NCBI GenBank assembly: GCA_030390025.1
Contig: CM059427.1
Span: forward strand, 152,024,001 to 152,088,000
Reading direction: 5' to 3'
Source of the DNA: Squalus acanthias
Taxonomy: Eukaryota
DNA length: 64,000 bases
Each line of letters begins with the position of its first letter. Position 1 is the first letter of the stretch. This document shows positions 37,440 to 48,797 of this stretch, one piece after another. The translations under genes and the position numbers were made by a program. Under the pieces are notes generated by a model, which was given only the letters and a program-made list of their open reading frames with translations, was not told where the DNA came from and ran no database searches.

Positions 37440-38160
37440 ATACAATTGAGTGAATTTCACAAACACATTTTATGAAAGCATAGCTATCTGTTAACCGTCT
37501 TAAGGTACTTTGCTTAATTGTAAAGCGTGCTGATCTGCTAACCCAGCAAAAACTTCACTTACCCTGTCAATAAAGATACCCAGAAATCTTGTTTCGGTTT
37601 TACCGTTTAAAAAAACATAGCTCACTATTAATTCCTTCTGATTTCTGCCTTATGAAACAGTTTGGGCACGACTTCAGCTGAGCCCAATATTTAATAACGT
37701 ACAGTAGCTGGCTTATCTAAAGGTCTGATCATTAATTTTTTGTGGAGAGGTTGATGCCAAGGACATAAGACGATAGGATGTTTGATAGCGACAGACTGTC
37801 TAGCTCACTTAAAGTGGCTAAGGAAATTCCTTTTTTAAAATTGTTTCTTTAACTTGTCTTAAAAACTGTGTTGTGAAACCATTACTCAAGTAATTTCTTC
37901 CACCAACAAATAAAATAGCTATTACAAAAATAAATTTAACTTGAATGGCCTGATGCAAATCTAGATTGAGAAATCTAGGCTGAATTTCATTCACAGCATC
38001 AGGTGCAGTCTAGAGTAAGAGAGCCACTGCCAGAATTTTGGTAACTTTATTCTGTAAATAAAAAATATTAAAGTTCAGTTGTGTAGTTAAAAGTTGAAAG
38101 CATTTTACTCACAGATTTCCCATTTCTTAAACTGTATGTTGGTTACATGAGCTCAGTAAT

Positions 38161-39713
38161 TTATACTTCACATTCTTTATAAGGCAGCTGCTGACATTTG
38201 CATTGTCCGTAACCATTTATGATCACCAGTGCGCCTTCCTCATGGGTGGGCTCATATTCATTATAGGGTACTTGTGTAGATAAATCTGCCATAGGCTGCC
38301 TGGCTTGGTGGCGAATTTGCCTTCGGTGTTGCATCATGGAGCAGTGCCTTATACGTCTCAGGGTAGGGGGGCAGCATTTCCGTGAAATGTACACCACGAG
38401 GATAATGAGGAAAAAAGAGAACAATAGAGCCATTGTTCCAGTTATTATCCTGTGAGTAAAGAGAGTATTATCGGGCTCAAGGAAGTCTTCAGCAGTTGTT
38501 TCTATAGTTGGGTTTTCAGTATCCTCTGTACTGGAGTCTGTAGATGTTAATTTTGTTACATATTCAGTAGTTTCTGGCTGTTGTGCAGCATCTGTATAGC
38601 CAGTGGTTATTTGTGTGGTGGTTGCTGAAAGATTACTGCAGATTTGAAATCCATGAACAGCATCTAAGATGTCCTCGCCTTGTGTGTGCTCTGGGCTAGC
38701 ACAGACCATTGAGTTCTCCCATCGACCTTGGAAATTGCTTAGCCAGGAGGCCAGGGCACAAATATTTCTGTTACAAACCCACATGTTGCCAGAAAGACCG
38801 ATGTGAGTTAGAGATTTCCACGAGTTAACAATCTGAGCATCCAGGGTGGTGAGCTTGTTTGAATCCATCAGAAGTATCTTTAGGTTCGGCATTGTAAGGA
38901 AAACAAGAGGGTCAATTGTTCTAATCTCATTTCCAGTTACATCGAGCTTTTCCAGTGTGTCCCAGGTCCATTCCATTCCACATAACAGGATACTAATTTT
39001 GTTCCACTGCAAAAATAGTGTTTGAAGACTGATTAGCCGAGGGAAATGAGCAAAATTAATCTTTGTCAGCTGGTTGTGCTCTAGGTGAAGCTCCTTGAGT
39101 TTGATTAATCCTGCAAAGCCATTACGAGCCAGACTTCGCAAACGATTGTTGCTTATATCCAAAAACTCCAGGCTTCGGCAGTCCCAGAAAACCCTTATGG
39201 GGATGGTCCTTAGTGAATTGGAACGCAGATGTAGTGTCTGAAGTTTCCGTAAGCTGTGGAATTGCTCTGGTTGCAGCGAAGTAATTTGATTAAATGACAA
39301 GTCCAGGTTCTGCAAGTTAATCAGTTGGCTGAATGTAGTATTCGCCAGACGCACAATCCTATTGTAGCTGAGGATTAATTCTTTAAGTTTGTATAGTCCT
39401 TGGAAGGCATCCTCTTGAATAACAGAAATCTGGTTGTGATCTAAATAGAGCCACGTAAGTTGGCTGAAGCTTGTAAGCTGATCGTTTTGCAGTTCAACAA
39501 AACTGTTGTGCCTGAGCGACAAGCCGATAGACCCGTGGGAGACATTATCGGGTACTCCTTGAAAACCTTGGGAATCGCAGTAAAAGAGCAGCTCCTCGCA
39601 TCTGCATTTTTGTGGACATGCTGTGCCTGAGGCAGGCAGCATTTTCAACAACATGCTCATCACACACAATGCCACCGTTGTTGGCCCCCCCAATGGCCAC
39701 TTCGAATGCAAAC
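38161..39713 (-). CDS. LRRTM2: Leucine-rich repeat transmembrane neuronal protein 2, exon 2 (almost all of the 518-aa CDS)
   Basis: Acceptor ...cctacAG|GT TTG CAT TCG AAG TGG. Signal peptide, LRRNT (CPQKCRC), 10 LRRs, LRRCT, Thr-rich stalk, TM (IITGTMALLFSFFLIILVVYI) and C-terminal LPYKECEV. Nested antisense in CTNNA1 intron 7, as in mammals. Confidence 0.97.
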
Positions 39714-39991
39714 CTGTAGGTGGCAATCAAATGAAATTCATTTAGGTTTCCAGCCTAAACAGTCCATCATATATGGTGATTTAGGTGTTTCATCCCCCTC
39801 CCCCACAAAAGCTGTTGTAGCTAACGATGATCAAATTGTAAGACGTGATTTTGTTTTCAAGAAGGAGAAACATTCTATTTGTTTCCAACAAAATAAGTAA
39901 TTTGCTCCTCCTTCCCCCTCCATCCCCTGCAACCCTTGTGTTCCCCTCCCATCTGGGTTTTGAAAATCCCATTTGAAAAGAAAACACTTAC

Positions 39992-39995
39992 CCAT
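39992..39995 (-). CDS. LRRTM2: LRRTM2 exon 1 coding part (ATGG)
   Basis: Minus strand reads AAAAGA-ATG-G|GTAAGT. The 278-nt intron (39714-39991) joins it in frame to give MGLHSKWPLG, like human MGLHFKWPLG. The ORF-track start MPPT at 39726 is a non-ATG artefact. Confidence 0.92.
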
Positions 39996-40399
39996 TCTTT
40001 TCTGCACATTGGAGACTGCATTCAACTATCCTTCTGTTCAGACTCCTCGAGCAGTGAGCTGGAAAGAAGTTCCAGTGGAAGAGGCAGCTTTTGAAAAGAC
40101 ACCGCACAAAAGGATTTCTATTTCCTTTCACAAGACAATGGCGAGTATTCCAGTTGGAGGCAAAAAGAAAAATGCCATAGCAATTCTTCACCTATCCCAG
40201 CTGTAACGTTTCCTCCCAAAGCTTTGCCCTTGCCCTGCTTTGATTTCCACTGGCTTAGGACTATAGTAATTTTTCTCGAGAATGAATGAAAACAAACATT
40301 TCCTTCTCTTGTCCATTCAATTGCTTAATTGAAGCCCAAACCTTCGGCTGCACAGCTGGTGGTCCTGTCCTTAACTTGTTGATGGTAATGAAGTACTTG

Positions 40400-40580
40400 T
40401 GCAGAGACTAGCTAGCGGTGCGAACACATTGACTGAAAGCTTCTTTGGAAAGGAGTGCTGTGCTGGTGCTGCAAGAGCGCAGACTTGCAGATTGGTGGCA
40501 GGCTGGCGTAAGCTTGTGACGTGCAATGTTTTCAGGCTTTTCAGTAGCATGATGATGAGCTTCATGCTGCATGCAGTCTG
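40400..40580. promoter_or_regulatory. Candidate LRRTM2 promoter, possibly bidirectional
   Basis: CCAAT box (ATTGG 40491-40495), CRE/ATF-like TGACGTG (40517-40523), several CpGs and no recognisable TEs, 0.4-0.6 kb upstream of the ATG. Confidence 0.5.
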
Positions 40581-41289
40581 CAAATTGGATGAAACAGATA
40601 CTGAAGCATTGAAAATGACTAATAAATAAAAGGGGAAGTACTGGATATAATATTTGTGCCTATCAATAGAATTATAGCCGATCCTTATTCATTGTTGTAT
40701 TAAATTTCTGTTGTACTTTTTAAAAGAAACCTCTAGGAAGCAAATAGCTTGTCTTTGGGGGGGGAAAAAAAAAATAGCTGTCACTAAAATGCTGTTTTCA
40801 GGTACAAGTCGTTTGACCTGAATATAAAATTGAATAGAAGTTTCATTTAATCTACAATCTGATGTCCCTATTTTTAATCGTTGGGTGCTGTTTTAATATT
40901 AGACAGGAATACTGATAAATGGAAGCATTCCTAAAGATAAGTGATCAAATGGAGAAATCCAAATAATTGCTTTGCATACATTTTCACTGGGTTTCAGGAA
41001 AGTGATGTTTTCTTCTTGTAATCTTAGTATGACATCAGCTTAAAAATATTTGGAAGATTGAGGCAAAATTGTTTTAAAATGGCCTCGAGCAGGATTTTGA
41101 TTTTTGTTTAAAGTCTGTATATTGAAGATGTACACAGATTCATATATTCATTCCTTTTGAAGTAATACTTTTTATGTATTCCCCAGCATGTTTGTATATG
41201 CTATCAGCAAATTTTATATTGGGGGTTAATGTTTAGATTTTTAAAAATGCGATGCTGACAAAACGAGGTTAAACACTTTTTTTCCTCTT

Positions 41290-41610
41290 TCGCCATTTCT
41301 GCTTGATTCTGCAGACAGGTCTTCCTCCAGTACAGTACTTACCAAAGTGATCAGTCATGTGTGTAGCCATGGCAGGGATCACAGCCAAACCTAATCTTGC
41401 CCTACCCTGATGTCCGCAAGTTCACTTTCAGCAAAGGTCACTGCAGAGTTAACGGGAACTCTGGCTGATTTTTATCTTTTCCTTGACCTCCATAACCCAA
41501 GGTGTTTGTCAGTTGTGATGCCTCTACTATATCCTGGCTGGACTCAACTAACTTGGAACAAACCAGAGATTGAATTCTATTTTCTAGGCTCAGCTACACA
41601 GTGAAGAAGC
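41290..41610 (-). mobile_element. AmnSINE2-like SINE copy (tentative name)
   Basis: 'cactttcagcaaaggtcactgc...ctggctgattttt' and a reversed tRNA-like head 'aaccagagattgaa...ggctcagctacacagtg'. Confidence 0.55.
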
Positions 41611-42564
41611 TGGGCAACCCATTGGTGAACCCCTTAAAAAGTTAACATTCAAAATCCTGTTTCAGGATCAACCACTGACCCAATTTATAGAATGTACTTG
41701 TATATTTACTGTGGCAACCACATTTTGAGCATCGAAAAGTAGTTTTCACAACATCTCCTAGAAATGTTGCCAACTCTTCTTTGGGAGAATGTTATCACCG
41801 TACAGCTTTAGTTTATGTATGATTCATAGATAAGTATCTCAAGCTAATGCCAGACATTTTAGTCATTAATTTTGCTTATTAGTTTTTTGACAAGCTCCAA
41901 GAAAGATTTTATCAGACAATATAAATTTTGCAGAATGCTTAGTATTGAAGGAAGCCTTTTGTCGGTAATTCAAATTATGAACCCCACAGCAAGTTTCCAA
42001 CATAGGCTATGTCACCAGGGAAAGATGCAAAGCTATCTTCTCCTTTGGCAAGGTGGGGAGGTAAGCATTTGAAGGACCAGTTACTCTGGGATGGTACTCT
42101 TGCATTTCATAGCAACTAGTTTAAGGGCAGCATTGGTGAAAACTGAGAATGGGACACATGGCTACCCAGTCGGCTGTGGATTAATGCATGGAAACCAAAT
42201 AGGAAAAAAAATCATTTTTTTAACCAATTTAAAAATGGCTGCATACACACTAAAGCCATCACAATTTAAACCGCTAATAATGTGGCAATCGTGAGGGAGG
42301 GAGGGGCGATGAACATGAAATGATCCTTGTGGTTTCTGCGAGCACAGACTTGGAGAAACTAATGAGATAGTAACAAGCAAAGATTTCTTGTGCTCCATCA
42401 ACTCTAGTTGAGCAAACACTAGGTCCTTCAGAAAAATCAGCAAAATAATGGGGGAAAATCTTGTCACCTGAATATTCACACTCCTGCTAGAAATTGAAGA
42501 ATTATGCAGGCTACAAAGTCTTTTGTTGGCCATTTTAGAAATCCTAACTGGTCCGCATTAAAAA

Positions 42565-42705
42565 CGCGTTCTGATGGAAGATCATCGACTTGAAACGTTA
42601 ACCCTAACTTTCTTTCTCCACAGATGCTGCCTGACTTGCTGCATGTTTCCAGAATTTTCTGTCTTATTTCAGATTTCAAGCATCTGCAGTATTTTGCTTT
42701 TTGTT
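42565..42705 (+). mobile_element. Penelope-like element terminal-repeat fragment with a mutated minimal hammerhead
   Basis: gttCTGATGGaagatcatcgacttGAAACGTTaac...cacagatgctgcctgacttgctg; homologous to the reverse complement of 48045-48150. Confidence 0.8.
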
Positions 42706-45278
42706 TTACTGGTCAGCATTTAGATTGGTTCCCACCTTCCCCAAATCTCATTGTCATCTTGATGCTACTTCTAAATGCCTGAACTCCCAATTTAGTGAGT
42801 TTTGTATGGGACTACAGCTAATTGTGACAGAAAATGAAGGCATGTAGACCTGTCCATAGATTCAGGCAGAACAAAACATCATAATTGTACACATTTGCAA
42901 CGCACACTTTGATGCATGATTTTACAGAGAATTTCCAATTGTGGTGAACAGTATCTCTTGCACTGTGCTCCTCGAATTGAGTGTTGAACATTTGAGGTTA
43001 TCCTAGTATGAAATCATTTCTATACGGCAAGGTTTTTTCAGAAGCAAACGATTACTAAACATTTTTTTAAAATGTTCAGGAACTTCTTTACATTTAAGAG
43101 CAGAGTTCCAGGTAGAAGTGGTGATATTCTTTGTACTGTTAGCAATGCAGTGCTCAAAACGTTCAGTACAGCACTGACCAAATGTTGCACCAGGATCATA
43201 AAGAAGTATGCAAGAAGGTACACTCGGCATTAGTGCTAACTGCACTGACAGATGGTAGTGTATGCAGTTAATTTTATGAACATATTTTGCATTGAAATTG
43301 CAATTGGGTCTTGGAGCCCAGTTAAAAGTAGCAATTGATTGTAGAGTAATTATACTTAAGTTTAAGCTGTAGAATATTTTGCAATTTATCTTTGCGCACA
43401 TATGTTTGTGGTTTCTCATCTTGGATATGCAAATACCATTGAAAACCAGGTGTCTTCCTTGCTGTCTTTTGGCATAAGCATATATTGGTGTTTTGCTGCG
43501 ACTTTCTTTCAAACATCCTAGATTCTGTTGTGCCCATTCCTGAGTGAAGGGGCAGATGGACAATTTACTTGCTGATGTTTACTGGTATTACAAGTCTGAT
43601 GTAACTTGTACTTATCGGTCATCTTGGTTTTAAATAGTCATGTTTGTGTGCTATGAAATTTCAAGCAGAAGCCAAATGCTGCTCATTCTTGTGCTGATTT
43701 ACATTTATGGAATGTTCTCCAATACATTTGGATGCTCTCATTCTCATTTTTAAACAAGTTTTAAATGAAAGGTTCAAATAGATTTTTTTTCCATTGGAGT
43801 GTATGTGTTTTTTTTCCACAATGCTACACTTTGGAGCCCATTTTCTTTTAAAAGGTTGTCTCTAATAGCAAATGTATGATTAGAGACAACCTGGCGAAGA
43901 ATGCAATACTGGTCGGTGCCAAAATTCCCTTGAGGTTTTTTTCCTGGTGCATCTGATTTCTATGTACCGCCAACAATAAATATAAATTAGGTCTATATGT
44001 GATGCACGAGATTTGCATCTGTGGTTGCTTTAAAGTTGCAGGTGTCACATCAAAGCAATTCTGGTTGTGCAAATCTCACACATGCGCAGTAATAGCCAAA
44101 TGCACCTGTCCGAATAAACTAGGCAGTTTCAGATTACTCTTATTCGAAGTAGTTCATAATATAAATTTTGTTTTTCACAAGTCCTTGATGGCTTTAATTA
44201 CTTAGAGCTGTCTAGAATCAGGTAACTTTTCAACAAATGGCCTGATATGTTCAGCAGCTTGTCGAGCATGTCTAAATTGTAGAAAGGGTCAGCTCTACCA
44301 TTCATATACAAAAAAAATCCTGTCCCTGAACTTTCTACTTTCATATAGAAGTCCACTAGTGCCATAATCTAAGGTCCCTGTGTATCCTGGCTAGTGTTTT
44401 GAATAGCTGCTAAAATTTAAATTAAGTTGGGGTGCTTTATTACAGAATCTATCTAAATTTAATTTTTTCCTAGAATGGGTATTGTCTGCTACTCTGTTTT
44501 GTACAGTTGTCATTCATAAGTTTCAATGCTACATTTCTGCTTCAGTAGGCTTTATATTACCATCAGTCAAATTTACTGTTCAATGTCTTGCTCTCCTTTT
44601 GCTGTACTGCCCACAATGTAGCCCTGAAGTCAATTTTAAATGGAATTTATACTGTTTGTAGTGAACAGTCTTGGAGTATAGAGACTTTACTATATTCCCC
44701 AGTTTAACTTCAACACAAATAAACATGTAACAGGTACTGACAAATGTAGTAGTAATCGTGCAAGGTTCCATGTGCATTAAATAACTAAAAATGGACCTTA
44801 AATAACTTCACATTAAGATGAGTATTTGGTGGAGAAATGTTTCTGGGGCGATGATTGAATGCAACTTAAAAAAAAATAAAAAAATTATCATTCAGAAGTG
44901 ATTTCATAGTGGCCAAAGGGATCACTTCCCTTAGGCCTCCCCTTTACTTTCTGGGGGTGCGAGTCGAATATTGATGGGTTTATAACTCTTTCGGAGAACA
45001 TCAACATCACTCTTTTTTTCAAGTGGAAGGAAAATTCCCATTCATATATTTTCCTCAGTCTGCTATTTTTATAGAAGAAAATAATAGACTAGAAAAATGT
45101 ACGTTTGATGACAAATGTAACTGGTTTGGAGGCTTTTGAGTTGGTCATCTCCGCTGCTAGGCTGTTTCGGTGACATCGGTGATGGGCCAAATCTGTGCAC
45201 CCCAGATTCATAATGTGTGGTAGGCCTCAACTTTGGACTGGTCTAAAGCCATTTTGTGCACCCTGATCCAAGTCAAAA

Positions 45279-45296
45279 TATATATATATATATATA
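45279..45296. repeat. (TA)9 microsatellite
   Basis: Direct reading. Confidence 0.9.
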
Positions 45297-46599
45297 TTCT
45301 GAGTTTCTTTGTCTCTAAGTAGTGCTAATGAATCCATGGTTAAAATAGTTCATACTACTTTTGACCAACAATAATATACTTTCTGAAAATGGCATCTGTA
45401 CTTTTTCCTTTGACATTTATCTGCTTCAATAGTTACGCAACAGTAAGCATTACTAACCAGTTGTAGATTTAGCCAGTACAGTACTTTCAGCCCATAAATC
45501 AATTTTCAGGAGAAGAAAGTCGTCTTAAATGATTTTTCTTTAAGCTACATGCTGTTACTGACTCAGAGAATGTGGGCTCTTTACATAATATCTTGCAACC
45601 TATCCTTAGGTGACGTGCAGTGTTTATAGCTGGATAGTTATATTTTAACTTGACATAAATTCAGAATTTTTACAAATCCTTTTATTTGGTATTGATTCAA
45701 ATAATACAGTGACGGACACTAAAAGCACGAGCGCATATAGTTAAGAAGTAACTCTGCATTCTGCCTTAATCTAGAATGTTCCACTGGCTGTGTTGACCCA
45801 TGACCATTGAAGTGATGAGACAATACTAATACACTTCATGAATTTTATTAATTTACTGTGTTCTTTCCATCTCTGCTAAACCAGTGTAGTTGCGGGTGTC
45901 CTTTTTTGATACTTAGGGTGGTTAGTGAAGAATAGGAACTAGAAGGTAGGGAGAACTAAGTAAAATAAGAACAGCAGTCATAATGTGGAGAAAGGAAGAG
46001 GCAGGTTAGATTGGATTAAAAAAAAGTCTAATGCTCCCTTTAAATTCGAGGATTATTTCTACTTGATATAATTATCCAAAGGGCTGGAGGATTCCTTATT
46101 TGCAATCTGTCCAGTTACAATTAAATTTCAGAGCACTGGTAAAAAATGAGTTGTTTAAAAGTCGCGATCACCACTTTTTTATTTTTTGCGCATGGGTTTT
46201 CCGCACTGGGGAAGATCTCTATAGACTAGCAAGGTAATAACCACATCACTTACCTATAGAGGCAGGCTGAGCATTCAGCTGGTCCTTAGCCAGAAAACAT
46301 GGCATCTTGGGGCGTGGAGCGAGCCACTTGTTAAAGTGGTACTCCTTGCTGCAGGGGCACTTGTATATAACACTGATACTAAAATCATGGCTGTTGTCGA
46401 CAGCGCTACTGTATTGTAAAGGGAGCCGAAGAAACAGGTCGTTTGTGGAGCAAAATCACAAAGAACTGAACCACAGATGAATGGAAATGGGGATTAACAT
46501 TCCAGCTGTTTTAACATGGTAGTGTTTTGGCTAGGAGACTATTGCAGCCTACATTTCCAAACCGCCCATCAGTTTTCTAACTTTAATTCTGGAACTAAC

Positions 46600-47215
46600 A
46601 TTTAACGCAATCCATCCCCTTTTCTAACATCTTTTATAGAAAAAAAACCCTCCATGATCTTCTGTACAGGCTGGTAATCTGTTCCACGGTTATATCGCCC
46701 TTTTACTTTATAAAATAAAAATTGCCTAAATTTTCTATTTTCTTTTCATACCTTTGACTTTAAAAAACGTCCCTTAATTCTTGAATCGTATGCCGCACAG
46801 AAGAATTTATCTGGACCCAAATTTTCTATACCAGTGGAAAATGTTGACTATAAATTCCTTTCCATCACTCTCTCTTCCCATCCTTCTCTTCAGAAAATAA
46901 AGTACGCGGGAAGATTATCTTTTCTCAAAACTAAGCCCTACAATGTTTAGGAATCATCTTCATAGTCCTCTTCTGGGCTCTCTACATTAATTCTAAGTCG
47001 TTCTTGTAATACGGAGGCCAAAGCCTTGCACACTTCAACCAGCATTGAGTTGAAACTCGCAAGTTTGTAATTTGAGTGTTCATCACTTGCCCTTTTCTTA
47101 TAAATGGGGGTCATATTTGCTACTTTCCAATCCATTGGGACGCTTTCTGATTCTAGTTAGCTTTGAACAATGTCGATAAGAGGATTTGAAATTTCAGTCT
47201 ACTCCAGAAACACCC
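46600..47215 (-). mobile_element. Old CR1 RT fragment
   Basis: DWKVANMTPIYKK...NYKLAS on the minus strand. Confidence 0.7.
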
Positions 47216-47945
47216 ATGAAAATGGTCATAGCCTGGACCTTTGTTTTTTTAGCTTTCTAAATTGTAATACTAAGGTTTTTCAGTCCGCTTTCTTCCTTAT
47301 GCTCCTCTCAATGGAGGCATCTTTCTGCCCTTCACCTCCCATTCCTTTCAATGTAGGGGTTTTGATGATTCAGTAACTTTACTTTCGCTAAAAATTCATG
47401 AAATTTGAAGTGAACGTAATTGGCAGTATTTTTGAGTTTAGCCAAATGCTATCAAGTGCTGTTGAGCAATTTTAACTGCTGGAATATCTTGCTACACTGA
47501 GATTCTGAAAGTTGCATTGCAGTGAATAGTTTCTAATCAAGCCAGGGAATTTCCAAGTCTGTATTGAGACTGATTTAAAGTTCATGGCAGTGATTGGAGC
47601 ATATTATATGAAGTTTTTTCTGCTAAAAGTTTCTTGTCTTTGCAGTGAGGATCTAATCTTTATACTTGGTGCCTAGTTGATCTAGGATCAAAAGAAAAGT
47701 TATTAATGAACTTCAAATTAAAGATGTGTAAATCTTCATATTGTATTTTCCTTCTAATCACTGAGATTAAATGGTTTGAAGAGAATACTGTTAATTCAAT
47801 AGCTGAAATTGTCTGTTTGATATTTGAATGTCTGATAACATTTTACTTGCTGATGTATAACCACTAGTCATGTACCACTGTGACTGTAACCACTTCACAT
47901 AAGTAAATTGTGGCATTTTTTTTTTCTGGCCAGGACCTCCTAGAG

Positions 47946-48023
47946 CAAGGGCAATGAGGGACGGGCAATAAATGCTGGCTTTGCCAGCGACGCCCACATC
48001 CCATGAACAAATATTAAAAAAAC
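47946..48023 (+). mobile_element. Family A 3' tail only (extreme 5' truncation)
   Basis: caagggcaatgagggacgggcaataaatgctggctttgccagcgacgcccacatcccatgaac followed by an A-rich tail. Confidence 0.85.
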
Positions 48024-48109
48024 AACCTGAATGTTCAAATGCTAAAATAAAAACCGAAAATGCTGGAGACACTCAGCAGGTCAGGCAGCCTCTGTGAAGA
48101 GAGAAACAG

Positions 48110-48146
48110 AGTTAACGTTTCAGGTCGATGACCTTTCGTCAGAACT
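48110..48146 (-). ncRNA. Minimal type-I hammerhead ribozyme
   Basis: AGUU-CUGACGA-A-AGGUC-AUC-GACCU-GAAACGU-U-AACU: core CUGANGA and GAAA, 4-bp stem I, 5-bp stem II, palindromic ACGU in place of stem III, GUU cleavage triplet. Confidence 0.75.
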
Positions 48147-48400
48147 GGAAAAAAGCAGGAAATGGAACAGATTTTTAAGCAAGTGCAGGGGCTGGGAAAG
48201 GGGGGAGGGGATGAAAGAACAAAAGGGAAGGTCTGGTGGGATAGAAGGCAGGAGAGGTTAAGAGATATTCAAGGCAAAAGGAGATGGTAATGGGACAGGT
48301 TAAGAAACAAAGGATGGCTCTAGATGAAGTGTGAATTGCGCTGGCAGAATGAAAGACAGCTGCCATGTGGGAGAGAAGCAAAAAAGACAAAGTGTGGATG

Positions 48401-48404
<4 letters not shown>

Positions 48405-48444
<40 letters not shown>
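48405..48444. repeat. (TA)20 microsatellite next to the MITE
   Basis: Direct reading. Confidence 0.95.
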
Positions 48445-48446
<2 letters not shown>

Positions 48447-48449
<3 letters not shown>

Positions 48450-48797
48450 GAAACTCTTTATTAACCGGGACCGGCGTGGTGCCGGTTAATCAAAGTCTGG
48501 ATAATGGAGAGTTATATCTCCCAACGTACGAGAGCCCCGTACACATTGACATGCGCCTGCATTCGGAACTCCGTCTCCCCGGGGACCGCCAGCTGACCAT
48601 CTGTCGTGTCCGCTGCCTACCCGGGCTGCACATTCCCCTCCCAATCTACACGCTCCGATACAAGGCAAACGCCTCGGTTTCTTTTAAAGTTAATTTTAAA
48701 CGAGAGATGAAGGAAAACCCCGGTTACCTACTCAAGAATTTTGCCGGTTAAGAGAGATTTCCGGATATTTGGGTGCCGGTTAATAAAGAGTTTCCTG
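48447..48797. mobile_element. 351-bp Tc1/mariner (pogo/Tigger-type) MITE
   Basis: 26-bp TIRs CAGGAAACTCTTTATTAACCGG(G/C)ACC, with the first 22 bp perfect. TA on the right flank, (TA)n-CA on the left. Repeated subterminal CCGGTTA motifs. CpG-rich. Confidence 0.9.

Noticed and set aside
37949-37957. CUGAUG in the 3' UTR structure read as a hammerhead core
   Set aside because: It reads CUGAUGC, is base-paired in P1, and lacks a correctly placed GAAA and NUH.
39714-39726. ORF-track N-terminus MPPT for LRRTM2 (521 aa)
   Set aside because: It uses a TTG start inside the intron acceptor region. The real start is the spliced ATGG at 39995-39992.
43003-43563. 186-aa minus-strand ORF upstream of LRRTM2
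   Set aside because: Non-ATG start and no recognisable domain. Faint LINE-like words (TWNSAL) suggest a decayed repeat or chance.
48175-48751. ORFs with YIYIYI repeats
   Set aside because: Translations of (TA)n and MITE sequence.
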